The position numbers and the translations under genes are program-made. The notes under the pieces are model-generated. The model had not been told where the DNA came from. It did not search any database and worked only from the letters and a program-made list of their open reading frames with translations. From Synergistales bacterium (GTDB lineage Bacteria; Synergistota; Synergistia; Synergistales; JAFGMB01): a stretch of 64,000 nucleotides of DNA. Where the stretch lies: the NCBI GenBank assembly GCA_963666205.1, contig OY762654.1, forward strand, positions 64,001-128,000, in the 5' to 3' direction. Shown here piece after piece: positions 1 to 10,001 of this stretch (positions are counted from its first letter, which is position 1; each line of letters starts with the position of its first letter).

Positions 1-774
1 AATATCCCTCCTTCTCTTCTTCCTCAACTTCTGAATGTCCTGTCAAGACACAGATCTGCTGTTCAGAATGGGGTTGTTGCAGTTGTCGATATCAGGGGAG
101 GGGATCTCCTCAGCGACCTTGTTTCTGTTCAGGAGAACCTTAGGGAACAGTTAAATTCTGTGAAGGTAATCTTTCTGGATGCTTCAGATGAAATCCTCGT
201 AAGAAGGTTCAGTGAAACCAGAAGAAACCATCCCCTGGGGCAGAATGTTCCCATACTAGAGGGTATAAGAAGGGAACGAAATCTGTTGTGTCCTGTTCTG
301 GAACGTGCCGATATCGTTCTGGATACCTCTGATCTTTCACTAAAGGTTCTCAGGCAGAAACTCATTGAACAACTCAGTGACACATCTGGGAAATCTGCTA
401 TTCTGTTTACATCCTTCGGATTTAAATTTGGCGTTCCCCAGGATTGTGATTTTATCATTGATGTCAGATTCCTTCCCAATCCTCATTACATTCCTGCATT
501 AAGACAATTTTCAGGGAAAGATCCCAGTGTTCAGGAGTATATTAGATCCTTTCCTGAAACAAGGGGATTTCTCGAGAGATTTATTGAGCTCCTTGATTAC
601 ATATTACCTATCTATGGCAACACGGGCAAACCTCAATTACATTTTGCGGTCGGATGTACCGGTGGGAGACATCGATCTGTAGCTGTAGCCGAGTGGTTGG
701 GGGCATACTTTAACTCACCAGATGTTCAATGCGTTGTTATGCATAGAGATATTGAGAGAGATCAGGTGTTCTAG
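1..774 (+). CDS. rapZ: RNase adapter RapZ/YvcJ family P-loop protein (5' end outside window)
   Basis: Frame is open from base 1 (NIPPSLL...VVDIRG). Motifs RRFSETRRxHP, SFGFKFGVP, DVRFLPNPHY and GCTGGRHRSV. Lies upstream of yvcK-whiA. Confidence 0.95.
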   Translation, partial: NIPPSLLPQLLNVLSRHRSAVQNGVVAVVDIRGGDLLSDLVSVQENLREQLNSVKVIFLDASDEILVRRFSETRRNHPLGQNVPILEGIRRERNLLCPVLERADIVLDTSDLSLKVLRQKLIEQLSDTSGKSAILFTSFGFKFGVPQDCDFIIDVRFLPNPHYIPALRQFSGKDPSVQEYIRSFPETRGFLERFIELLDYILPIYGNTGKPQLHFAVGCTGGRHRSVAVAEWLGAYFNSPDVQCVVMHRDIERDQVF

Positions 775-1917
775 ATGGACTGGAAGATCGGTTTTGTTCT
801 GGGTTGTTTATTTGCTTTTATTCTGACATCTCTCTTTCAGAGCACTTTGTTGTCAAAAAAGCGGAGAAAAAATCAGACGAACAATCCTGTTACCAGAAAA
901 CTGCGGGAGAGACTTGTGATGTCTAACGCTGTCGATTTCAGACTCTCTATGGGTCCTTCAATTGTTGTCCTGGGAGGGGGAACGGGTCTTGCTTCTCTTT
1001 TAACCGGTTTAAAATGCTTTACCAGGAATATTACCGCTGTAGTTACTGTAACTGATGAAGGAGGCAGTTCTGGAAGGCTGAGGCAGGAATGGGGCCTTCT
1101 TCCTCCTGGGGATATCCGAAACTGTGTTGTAGCGTTAGCTGAGAATGATAATGAGTTAAGTCAGATATTAGATTTCAGGTTCGACAAAGGAGAACTTAAA
1201 GGTCATAGTCTTGGGAATCTGATATTACTTGCTGTAACTGAACTTGCAGGTGATTTCCGACTTGGTGTGGACAAAATGAATAATCTTCTTGCTATTCGGG
1301 GAAGAGTTGTTCCAATGACTACAGAACCTGTCAGCCTGGCAGCGCGTACCTGTTCAGGAGATATGGTCCGAGGCGAGCTTCGTATTTCAAGGATCGGTTC
1401 TGAAATTGAAGAAATATGGCTTGAGCCCAGAGATGCAAACCCTGAAAGAGAAGTACTCCGGGCGATTGAAGAGGCTGATCTAATCGTGCTTGGTCCCGGA
1501 AGCCTTTTCACAAGTGTCATTCCAAATCTTTTGCTAGAAAAGGTTTCGGAGCGTCTTTGCAGTTCCAGAGTTCCGGTTGTATATGTTTCAAATCTTATGA
1601 CACAGCCAGGTGAAACTGATGATTTTACCATTCTGGACCATATCAACTGGATTTCCAGGGCAATGGGAAGAAACCCGGATTCTGTTATTGTTAATGATGG
1701 TATTATTCCTGAAGATGTACTTTCACTTTATAATGAACAGGGTGCCAGCCCTTTGTATCTAGATAATGAACAGGCTGGTGATCTTGAAATAAAAGGGATC
1801 TCAGTTATTGGAGCTGAACTTTTTAAAATATCTGGAGAAGGTGTTATCCGACATAATGGTCTTTCTCTGTCCGAGATTCTTATGAAAATCTGTAGGGAAA
1901 ATTCAGAGGTTCTATAA
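775..1917 (+). CDS. yvcK: Gluconeogenesis factor YvcK/GlmR (UDP-GlcNAc-binding) with N-terminal membrane anchor
   Basis: GGGTG, DEGGSSGRLR, PPGDIRNC, GHSLGNL and GPGSLFTS motifs; conserved rapZ-yvcK-whiA order. Confidence 0.93.
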   Translation: MDWKIGFVLGCLFAFILTSLFQSTLLSKKRRKNQTNNPVTRKLRERLVMSNAVDFRLSMGPSIVVLGGGTGLASLLTGLKCFTRNITAVVTVTDEGGSSGRLRQEWGLLPPGDIRNCVVALAENDNELSQILDFRFDKGELKGHSLGNLILLAVTELAGDFRLGVDKMNNLLAIRGRVVPMTTEPVSLAARTCSGDMVRGELRISRIGSEIEEIWLEPRDANPEREVLRAIEEADLIVLGPGSLFTSVIPNLLLEKVSERLCSSRVPVVYVSNLMTQPGETDDFTILDHINWISRAMGRNPDSVIVNDGIIPEDVLSLYNEQGASPLYLDNEQAGDLEIKGISVIGAELFKISGEGVIRHNGLSLSEILMKICRENSEVL

Positions 1918-2853
1918 ATGCAGAAATTTGCTAATTTAATGTGGGATGAATGGATAACATCCCTTCCGGAAAGGGCGGTTGAAGAGGCAGAAGCAGAAAG
2001 CTCCGGGATAATGGGCAGTCTGTATCCGGCCTTTTCATCAAGGAATGTCAGCCTCAGAAGCAGCAGACTCTGGGTATTCAGAAGGCTGAGAAGGATATGG
2101 CCCATGACATCGTGGTCATCTGTGATCGATCTTGCAAGCATGCTCAGGATTCCAAGGGAGATGAAAGGGAAAGTTGCTTTAGACCTTCCAAGGGATCTGT
2201 ACCAGATTGTAGTAGATGAAAGGAAGAATGTCCTATCGGGCAGAAATGCCTGGTTCTGGCTTAGAGGAGTATGGGGTAACACCGGATCCCTATATTTACC
2301 TAAGGGCGGTCATTACATGCTTTTCCGCTCACTTGACAAAGATCTGATTGAGGATATCAATAATTTCCTGTTAAAGAATAATATCAAAGTAAGTCAAAGA
2401 CAGAAAAATGGATATAATGAAAGTATTTTAAGAGATCAGGATCTTATCGTTACACTTCTCACAAGATTCAGACTCTACAATTCGTCGCTGGTACTTGAGC
2501 AGCGTACCATGATTCGGGCTATGAGAGACAGGGCTAATAAACTGGTAAATTGTGACGGTGCCAATATACGTAAAAGTCTTGAAGCGGCTCAAAAACAGAT
2601 AGAGATTGCCACAAGTCTTAAAGATAAAGGGATTTACGAGGATCTCCCAAAGGCATTGCAGGAAATGATAGATCTTAGATTGAAGTATCCAAGTTCGACC
2701 CTTACTGAGCTGGGACAGTTCGTAGAAAAGCCTGTAAGTAAAAGCACTGTCAAGTACAGATGGAAAAAACTTCAATTGCTGGCAGATCAGTTGTCCAGTA
2801 ATTTCAAGTTCAGCAACATTAAACCAGAAATATCTAGGGGTCGCAGAATGTAA
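1918..2853 (+). CDS. whiA: DNA-binding protein WhiA
   Basis: RANKLVNCDGANIRKS motif and C-terminal HTH (LRLKYPSSTLTELG...SKSTVKYRWKKL); synteny. Confidence 0.9.
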   Translation: MQKFANLMWDEWITSLPERAVEEAEAESSGIMGSLYPAFSSRNVSLRSSRLWVFRRLRRIWPMTSWSSVIDLASMLRIPREMKGKVALDLPRDLYQIVVDERKNVLSGRNAWFWLRGVWGNTGSLYLPKGGHYMLFRSLDKDLIEDINNFLLKNNIKVSQRQKNGYNESILRDQDLIVTLLTRFRLYNSSLVLEQRTMIRAMRDRANKLVNCDGANIRKSLEAAQKQIEIATSLKDKGIYEDLPKALQEMIDLRLKYPSSTLTELGQFVEKPVSKSTVKYRWKKLQLLADQLSSNFKFSNIKPEISRGRRM

Positions 2854-2948
2854 AATCAAACAGTGCTTATCTCGTTTTTGCTTCACAGCCTGAAATTGCA
2901 TAATCAAACTAAAGATTATGATCCAATAATATAGGAGGATAATGAACA

Positions 2949-3974
2949 ATGGGAAAAACAAGAATTGCGATCAATGGTTTTGGCAGAATAGGAAGGCTTG
3001 TCCTTCGTTCTCTTTGTCAATACGATAAAGAGGGTCTTCTTGAAGTAGTTGCAGTCAATGATCTTACAAGTGCTGAACAAAGGGCATATCTCCTGAAATA
3101 TGATTCCGTACACAGAAAATTTCCGGGAGACGTAAGTTTTGATGACGAAAACATCTATGTAGATGGGAATGCGATAAAAGTGCTTTCAGTAAGAAACCCG
3201 GAAGACCTACCATGGAAAGAGATGGGCGTGGATCTTGTTATAGAATCAACAGGCCTTTTTACAAACACAGAAAAGGCTCGTGCTCATATTGAAGCTGGAG
3301 CAAAAAAGGTTGTTATATCAGCACCCGGTACGGGAGATGGCCTATGTACAATAGTTATGGGAGTTAATGAAAGTGCTTATGATCCCAGCCTTCATGACAT
3401 AATTTCCAATGCATCATGTACAACGAACTGCCTGGCCCCGGTGGTAAAAGTCCTCCATGAGGAAATCGGGATAGTTAAGGGACTAATGACTACGACCCAT
3501 GCCTATACAAATGATCAGAGCATTGTTGATGCATGTAATAAGAAATTCCACAGGGGCAGAGCCGCCTCCCTTTCAATGATACCAACATCCACAGGTGCAG
3601 CCCAGGCTATATGTCAGGTTATTCCAGAACTGGATGGCAAACTTAACGGTCTTGCTGTAAGGGTTCCTACTCCCGATGTTTCTGCAGTTGATCTCGTTGT
3701 CGAACTTTCCAGGTCTGTTACCAAGGGAGAGGTTAACGAAATATTCAAAAGAATATCAACTTCGGAAATGGGCAAATATCTTGGATATGAGGAGGAAGAT
3801 CTTGTTTCTATGGATTTTGTAGGAGATGAACGTTCTTCGATCTTTGCTGCCAGACATACTATGGTTGTTGATAACATGGTTAAAGTTCTCGCATGGTATG
3901 ATAATGAATGGGGATATTCCTGCAGAGTTGTTGATCTTGTTAACCATATTGTTAAGGTCGGACTGGAGAAATAA
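2949..3974 (+). CDS. gap: Glyceraldehyde-3-phosphate dehydrogenase type I
   Basis: INGFGRIGR, NASCTTNCLAP and WYDNEWGY; AGGAGG Shine-Dalgarno. Confidence 0.98.
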   Translation: MGKTRIAINGFGRIGRLVLRSLCQYDKEGLLEVVAVNDLTSAEQRAYLLKYDSVHRKFPGDVSFDDENIYVDGNAIKVLSVRNPEDLPWKEMGVDLVIESTGLFTNTEKARAHIEAGAKKVVISAPGTGDGLCTIVMGVNESAYDPSLHDIISNASCTTNCLAPVVKVLHEEIGIVKGLMTTTHAYTNDQSIVDACNKKFHRGRAASLSMIPTSTGAAQAICQVIPELDGKLNGLAVRVPTPDVSAVDLVVELSRSVTKGEVNEIFKRISTSEMGKYLGYEEEDLVSMDFVGDERSSIFAARHTMVVDNMVKVLAWYDNEWGYSCRVVDLVNHIVKVGLEK

Positions 3975-5164
3975 TGAAAATTCGTCAATTGACGAAAGAA
4001 GTTGCCGAAGACAAGAAGGTACTCGTCAGGGTTGATTTCAATGTGCCCTTAAAGGATGGGAAAGTCACTGATGATACAAGAATCAGAGCTCATCTGGATA
4101 CCATAAATCTTCTCAATCATGCAGGAGCAAAGATAGCCCTGGTATCCCATCTTGGGAGGCCAAAGGGGCAGTTCTGCGATTCTCTCTCCATGAAGGTTAT
4201 CCGATCTGAGGTTCAGAATGTAATGGGTCTTAATGTTGTTCTTTCTGGAGAGTGTTATGGGAGAAAAATAAATAAAGCTCTGAATGATCTGAAATCAGGA
4301 GAGATCCTTCTTCTTGAAAATGTGCGCTTTTATCCAGAAGAGAAGAGTAATGATAAGAACTTTGCTGCAGAAATGGCATCCCCCTTTGATATCTTTGTAA
4401 TGGATGCCTTCAGTGCATCACACAGAGCTCATGCTTCCACAAATGCTATTCAGATGTATCTACCCTCCTATGCGGGCCTTTTAATGGCAAAAGAAGTGGA
4501 AATGCTGAGTGCAGTCAGTTCTGCTCCAAAGGAACCATTCATTCTTATTTTGGGTGGAGCAAAGGTTTCTGATAAAATCGGGGTAATCGAGAATCTTATG
4601 AAAAAAGCTTCTGCTATCCTGATTGGCGGCGGTATGGCCTATACCTTCCTGAAGGTCAAGGGCAACCCCATTGGTAATTCTCTTTTTGATGCAGAGAAAG
4701 CCGAATTTGCAGGAAAGATGCTTGTTAAAGCAATGAAACTTGGTGTTGATATTGTTCTACCCACAGATACAATCGTTGCTGAAGGACCACGATCATCCAA
4801 AGGTGAAAATGTTCGCATTGATTCTATCCCTGAACATTTAATGGGCCTTGATATAGGTAAGGGGTCTGTTGAAATCTTCAGAAATTATATTGAAAATGCC
4901 AAAACTATTCTCTGGAATGGGCCAATGGGGGTCTTTGAAGAGGATGCTTTTTCGATGGGGACGCGAGAAATTGGACAAATAGTGGTAAAGGCAACCGAAA
5001 TGGGAGCCCTTTCAGTTGTAGGTGGTGGAGATACTGCCGCAGCTGTTAAGAAGTTCGGTCTGGCAGACAGGGTCAGCCATGTTTCCACTGGCGGAGGGGC
5101 AAGCCTTGAATTCTGCGAGGGTAAAGTACTCCCGGGAATAGCTCCATTATTATTGGAACAGTAG
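3974..5164 (+). CDS. pgk: Phosphoglycerate kinase
   Basis: RVDFNVP, SHLGRPKG, GGAKVSDK and STGGGASLE; TAATG overlap with gap. Confidence 0.98.
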   Translation: MKIRQLTKEVAEDKKVLVRVDFNVPLKDGKVTDDTRIRAHLDTINLLNHAGAKIALVSHLGRPKGQFCDSLSMKVIRSEVQNVMGLNVVLSGECYGRKINKALNDLKSGEILLLENVRFYPEEKSNDKNFAAEMASPFDIFVMDAFSASHRAHASTNAIQMYLPSYAGLLMAKEVEMLSAVSSAPKEPFILILGGAKVSDKIGVIENLMKKASAILIGGGMAYTFLKVKGNPIGNSLFDAEKAEFAGKMLVKAMKLGVDIVLPTDTIVAEGPRSSKGENVRIDSIPEHLMGLDIGKGSVEIFRNYIENAKTILWNGPMGVFEEDAFSMGTREIGQIVVKATEMGALSVVGGGDTAAAVKKFGLADRVSHVSTGGGASLEFCEGKVLPGIAPLLLEQ

Positions 5165-5187
5165 ATAAAAAAAGAAGAGCACGATCT

Positions 5188-5221
5188 AAAAAAAGGAACG
5201 GCGAAAAGCCGTTCCTTTTTT
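5188..5221 (+). terminator. Intrinsic terminator between pgk and tpiA
   Basis: aaaaaaaggaacggc-gaaaa-gccgttcctttttt: perfect stem followed by a U tract. Confidence 0.8.
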
Positions 5222-5250
5222 AAAGATACTTTTGGAAGAGGTGTTGCACG

Positions 5251-6054
5251 ATGGAAAAGATCTACCTTTATGGGAACTGGAAGATGTATAAGGGGATCGA
5301 ACAGTCAGAAAACTTCATTAATGATCTGAGCAAATACATGGAGAATCATCTCTGGCTTCGAGAGATGTTGAAGAACGATCGCCTTGAAATCGGACTTTTC
5401 CCTTCATTCACATCCCTTGCTTCAGCCCGGAAAGTTTTGACTTCCAAAGGTCTGGATAAAATGAATGTACATATTGGAAGCCAGAACTGTCATTATGAAG
5501 AAACAGGCGCTTTTACAGGAGAAATATCCTGGTCAATGCTCAATGAAATTGATTGTAATTACAGTCTCATCGGCCATAGTGAAAGACGACACATTTTTGG
5601 GGAATCTGATGAGTTGATAAGTCTAAAAGTAAGGTCAGCTCTTGATCATGGGATCATACCTGTTCTCTGTTGTGGAGAAACCCTGGAGGAGAGGGAAAAT
5701 GGAGAAACCGAGAGGGTGGTGGCACGCCAGATCTCAACTGCTTTAAAAGATCTGAATAATAATATGACAATTGTAGGAAATATCATTTATGCATATGAAC
5801 CTGTATGGGCAATCGGAACAGGACGTTCAGCGATGCCTGAAGATGCACAAGATGTCTGTCGATATACAAGAAAGTGTATTTCGTCGGTCTTGGGAGAAAA
5901 ACACTCAGGAAATGCAAAGATCCTTTATGGAGGAAGCGTTAAATCTTCAAATGCAGAATCTCTCTTGAACCAGTCAGATATAGATGGAGTTCTTGTGGGG
6001 GGAGCTTCACTCCAAGTCGATTCATTTCTCGATATAGTAAAACCCTTCGCATAA
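5251..6054 (+). CDS. tpiA: Triosephosphate isomerase
   Basis: GNWKM, GHSERR, AYEPVWAIGTG, LYGGSV and LVGGASL. Confidence 0.97.
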   Translation: MEKIYLYGNWKMYKGIEQSENFINDLSKYMENHLWLREMLKNDRLEIGLFPSFTSLASARKVLTSKGLDKMNVHIGSQNCHYEETGAFTGEISWSMLNEIDCNYSLIGHSERRHIFGESDELISLKVRSALDHGIIPVLCCGETLEERENGETERVVARQISTALKDLNNNMTIVGNIIYAYEPVWAIGTGRSAMPEDAQDVCRYTRKCISSVLGEKHSGNAKILYGGSVKSSNAESLLNQSDIDGVLVGGASLQVDSFLDIVKPFA

Positions 6055-7018
6055 CAGTATTTTACCGGCTGACAAATATCCCTAAATTTCAAGAGTCTCC
6101 CTGTGTATGATTACTGACCAGAGAGGCTCTTGACGATTCTTTTTGACGCTCCCTGAAACTAATTCTTCTAATGATAAAAGCATATATATTGAATAATAAA
6201 GAACAACGCAACATAAGATATATTATAGGACATAAGAAAAACTCGTATTCCACTCCTCCCAATTGCATGTCTGTGTAAAACGCTGGATTTTAAAATGTCT
6301 AATTCAATCCCTGCAACTGGCCGGTAAGTACCGTGTTTCCATAACCATGTAAATTCCTGCTGAGTGAAAAGTTTTTAAACTTCGAGTCTTTCTGTGTGGG
6401 TCCCCTCTGGATTTCAATGACACCATTCATCGATTATTTCCCCTGGTTATTGTAGATGTAGGATTTTCCACATTTCTGGACACGTATCTTCATTGGTTTT
6501 ATGAATTTTGTTCCAGTCTTCTGAACGCCGTTTCCTTTTCCATCAAAATTATTTCAAACGTAATCATTTTTTATCCCCTTCATGGACAGTTCCTTTCAAG
6601 ATCCTTTTTCTTGATTATTGTTGGATCAATTTACCCTTTTCTTTATCTCTCCATTCCATTTTTACGCGATATTAACTGGATCTGCACTGTCGTCAACGGT
6701 GAGATGTTCTGTATACATAAAAGTTGCGTTTCTTATAGCACACTTTAGAATTTCGACAATAGAGATAGGTAACAGAAAAAGCAAACTCTAAAAAAGGTTT
6801 CATGGATCTCCAGGAAAGGAAATTAAGAAAATGTTTCAGCCGGTTATTCTGACAGTTTTTTCTGAAATCTGTTAATATAATTCTATATTGAATTCTACTA
6901 TTTCTGATCTTCATACACTTAATCTTATGATAATCCTGAAAAACAAATAAAAATGATCTATTTCCCAGTCCAAACAAGTACTTGACAAAGAGGCAATTCT
7001 GACAGGAGGTGTACTTCC

Positions 7019-7318
7019 TTGAAGATCGTTACCAGTAGGGACATAAAAAACAACCCTAACATCCTTTTCGATAATCCCAGTGAAACTATCATAACCTCAA
7101 GAGGTCGACCCAGGGCCATTTGCATTCCCCTTGATGCTGATGAACTCGATGATATTAATGACTTTCTACGTTCCATCCACCATGCCCGTGCTAAACGTAG
7201 TGTTGAAAAAATAAGGGATCTGCTTCTCAGAACATCTGAAAGTCTTATGCATAATACTGCCAAAGCTCAGGAAATGGTGACCCAGGTAATCAGCAACCAC
7301 CAGGGAAGGTTATTTTAA
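7019..7318 (+). CDS. Phd/YefM-family antitoxin-like protein
   Basis: N-terminal MKIVTSRDIK...TIITSRGRPRAICIP resembles the Phd/YefM pattern. AGGAGG precedes the TTG start. Abuts a PIN-like gene. Confidence 0.7.
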   Translation: MKIVTSRDIKNNPNILFDNPSETIITSRGRPRAICIPLDADELDDINDFLRSIHHARAKRSVEKIRDLLLRTSESLMHNTAKAQEMVTQVISNHQGRLF

Positions 7319-7777
7319 ATGAAAAAACCACAAGCCATACCCCGAGTCGTTCTTGGTGCAGATGTTATATTAACTTCTCTAATCTTGCCTGCCAGTCCAG
7401 CTGCTCAGTTATTCAATATTGTTCTGGAGGGTAATGTTATACCTGTTATTGATTCCAGATTGTCTTCCATTTATGCGATGATCCTTAAATGTGACGATCT
7501 CAACCTTCCCCGAAACTTAATCAGAGATATGCTTTTAAAACTTTCACGGATATCTGATATTATTTCTCCTTCTCCATTTCCCTATCTTTCAGAAGATCTT
7601 CCTCCAGAGGATGTTCTCTACTTCCAGATAGCTTTTTCTGCCGGGACTATTCCTGTTATAAAGAGTACCCTGCACTATTACCTGAACTCAAGTCTTGCAA
7701 AAACAATTCCACTCTTTACACCCGCTGGATTTATAAAAGAATTGCAGCATATCAATGCTTGCTATCAAGTAGTTTAG
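7319..7777 (+). CDS. PIN-domain (VapC-like) toxin homolog with degenerate active site
   Basis: RVVLGADV...VIDSRLSSIY...PPEDVLY...TPAGF follows the RVVLDTNV...D.RI..EY...DPDD..F...TP.EF pattern of TA-associated PIN proteins. Confidence 0.65.
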   Translation: MKKPQAIPRVVLGADVILTSLILPASPAAQLFNIVLEGNVIPVIDSRLSSIYAMILKCDDLNLPRNLIRDMLLKLSRISDIISPSPFPYLSEDLPPEDVLYFQIAFSAGTIPVIKSTLHYYLNSSLAKTIPLFTPAGFIKELQHINACYQVV

Positions 7778-7809
7778 AAGGACCTTCTCGTCATAGAGAT
7801 GGTCCTTCT
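7776..7809. terminator. Hairpin between convergent PIN gene and pckA
   Basis: agaaggacc-ttctc-gtcata-gagat-ggtccttct inverted repeat. Confidence 0.6.
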
Positions 7810-7823
7810 GTTTCTGCTGGATA

Positions 7824-9491
7824 TCAGGTATTCGAAATATTCAGTTCCTTAATTACTTTTTCCAGTGATTCCAGTGCATCTTCAGGAAGTATATCAAAAC
7901 CTCCTTTTTCCTTTTCTCGCGATTTTACATAATCTCTGCGGTCAAGGAATCTGGCCATCAGTTTCTCGTTATATGCCTTATCACTTGGGTCAGAATGAAA
8001 ACCTTCTATCTCCATGATATGGATGGCTGAGAAATTGCCCCATTTGGAGAAACAGGATTTTCTTTCTACAATCTGAGCAATAATATCGAGGGTTATTTCC
8101 TTAGTCACTTTATTCCCCATAAAGTCACCTGTATTCAGAATATAGCAATCAACTCCAGTATCAAGTAGTCCTTTGAATTTTTCATAATCCAGACCTAAAG
8201 GATAGGTACGAAAGGGATTTGCATATGGTTCAATTACCAGGGCTTCAGGGTCTACTCCAGGTGCCAGTCTTTCAGCAGAGGTTCTTTTGGTAGCAAGGGT
8301 TGCTCCCATTGCAGCACCCAGGGACGTATCAGTTAACTTTAAAACTGGAGGTAAAGTGGGATCCTTCATTAGCCAGAATATGGCGTTGATTTTCTCATCT
8401 ATTCGGTCCACACGTGTAGCCGACCATAATTTAGATTTGATTGCCCTTCCGTTGCCATTTCTTATATCTTCTGAAAGAAGTCCCAGTCTACCATCTTTCA
8501 TCTTCATTGCGCCATTGTTCTGGACTGTCAGGATAAATTTATTATCGGGGCACCCCATGGGATAATCTGCAGTCTTATCAAAATAAGAGGGTTCAAGGGC
8601 GATGGCATACTTTTCCTTGATATTTATGATAAAAGCATCATCATGAAGAACAGTTATGTCATATCTCTGGTCGTGGTCAGAATGGGTAATTGTAGATTTA
8701 CCGGATCCCGAAAGACCAAATACGGCTACAACAAAGTCCTCTCCCATGTCCTCTGTATGGGAGAGATTATAGCGTTTTAATCCACCATGGCACGAAGCAA
8801 AGCCATTTCTGACAGCAGTACCCCATGCCAGAGTTAAAGTTCCTTTTTTGAATTCTCCAAAATACCTCATTCCCAGGAGTGCGGCACAATTGTTATTGGG
8901 ATCAAAATAAGTTAATCCGAGAGGATGATCCGGATGGCACCAGTCGGGGTCAGAAAAAATAAATATATCACCTTCCTGGAAAGGTCTGGAATCTCTGTAC
9001 ATTTCCGAGTAGATATTATTTAAATACTGGAAATTGAGTAGCCAGTTATAGAGAATATTTTCATGTCCCTCCGGGATGAGAAGATGTGTCTTTACCATAA
9101 AGTCCTTTTCAAGGCCAATTATCGCTTCAGTATGGTATATAGTCCTCTTACGGGTATTGAAAATAGCTTCCCTAACCAATGAAGAATAAATCTCCTGATC
9201 AACGCCTGGCTCTCCAGCAATTTTCCTGGCAGCGGCGCAACGTCCTACAACGGCACCATCATTGAAAAGAAGTACATTTGAATTGATTGGTAAACCTTGT
9301 CCCATTGGCTGATAAATAGGCATACCTGTAAGTTCGATGGTTCCAGGACTATGTCTGGCCATCTCATATGCCTCTATCAAAGTAAGGATAGATTTTACAT
9401 TATTACCGTAGCAGGCTGTTTCAATGGTAGTTCTCAATCTCGAGATTTTTCCGGTAATATTTTCATCTGTCAAAAAATCCAGCGTTGACAT
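7824..9491 (-). CDS. pckA: Phosphoenolpyruvate carboxykinase (ATP), clostridial type
   Basis: YFGEFKKG, CHGG, Walker A FGLSGSGKST and LHDDAF. Confidence 0.9.
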   Translation of the reverse strand: MSTLDFLTDENITGKISRLRTTIETACYGNNVKSILTLIEAYEMARHSPGTIELTGMPIYQPMGQGLPINSNVLLFNDGAVVGRCAAARKIAGEPGVDQEIYSSLVREAIFNTRKRTIYHTEAIIGLEKDFMVKTHLLIPEGHENILYNWLLNFQYLNNIYSEMYRDSRPFQEGDIFIFSDPDWCHPDHPLGLTYFDPNNNCAALLGMRYFGEFKKGTLTLAWGTAVRNGFASCHGGLKRYNLSHTEDMGEDFVVAVFGLSGSGKSTITHSDHDQRYDITVLHDDAFIINIKEKYAIALEPSYFDKTADYPMGCPDNKFILTVQNNGAMKMKDGRLGLLSEDIRNGNGRAIKSKLWSATRVDRIDEKINAIFWLMKDPTLPPVLKLTDTSLGAAMGATLATKRTSAERLAPGVDPEALVIEPYANPFRTYPLGLDYEKFKGLLDTGVDCYILNTGDFMGNKVTKEITLDIIAQIVERKSCFSKWGNFSAIHIMEIEGFHSDPSDKAYNEKLMARFLDRRDYVKSREKEKGGFDILPEDALESLEKVIKELNISNT

Positions 9492-9609
9492 GGACTTCCC
9501 CCACTTTCATTCAGTTTCAAAAGTGAATCTTGACTTAGAATTCAAATGCCAATCCTTCATAAGTGGATTGGCATTTGATAATGTTCTGGTGAGATTTTAT
9601 ATTATTATC

Positions 9610-9957
9610 TTAATCCTGGTATTCATATGACATTGAGGGTGCATCACCCCACGTTTTTTCCAACCGGTAGAAATCCCTTCCCTGGCGACTGAAAATATGG
9701 ATAACTATGTATCCGCCATCTATAAGGCACCATTGGGTGCTATTATCTCCTTCTACAACCGAAGGTATTCCCATTTTATCAAGGCTTTCCCTTGCCGCGT
9801 CCCGCAGGGTTCTGATATGGATATTGGAGTTTGAAGTTACAAGAATAAAAACCTCTGCTATTGAGGATGTTTCAGACAGATCCATTATTGTAATATCAAG
9901 TCCTCTTTTGTCCGCTAATGCTTCCAGGATCGGTGCATATTCTTTTTTAAGACCCAT
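9610..9957 (-). CDS. rsfS: Ribosome silencing factor RsfS
   Basis: DKRGLDI, WCLIDGG.IVIHIF and RDFYRLEKTWGDA. Start set at the second ATG, after a GGGGGA SD. Confidence 0.93.
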   Translation of the reverse strand: MGLKKEYAPILEALADKRGLDITIMDLSETSSIAEVFILVTSNSNIHIRTLRDAARESLDKMGIPSVVEGDNSTQWCLIDGGYIVIHIFSRQGRDFYRLEKTWGDAPSMSYEYQD

Positions 9958-10001
9958 TTTAGAAAAAGATCCCCCCATTCATCGAATTTTTCCTTTATAT
10001 A

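Noticed and set aside
6693-6977. 94-aa minus-strand ORF upstream of the TA-like pair
   Set aside because: No SD or recognisable motif; composition typical of AT-rich noncoding DNA.
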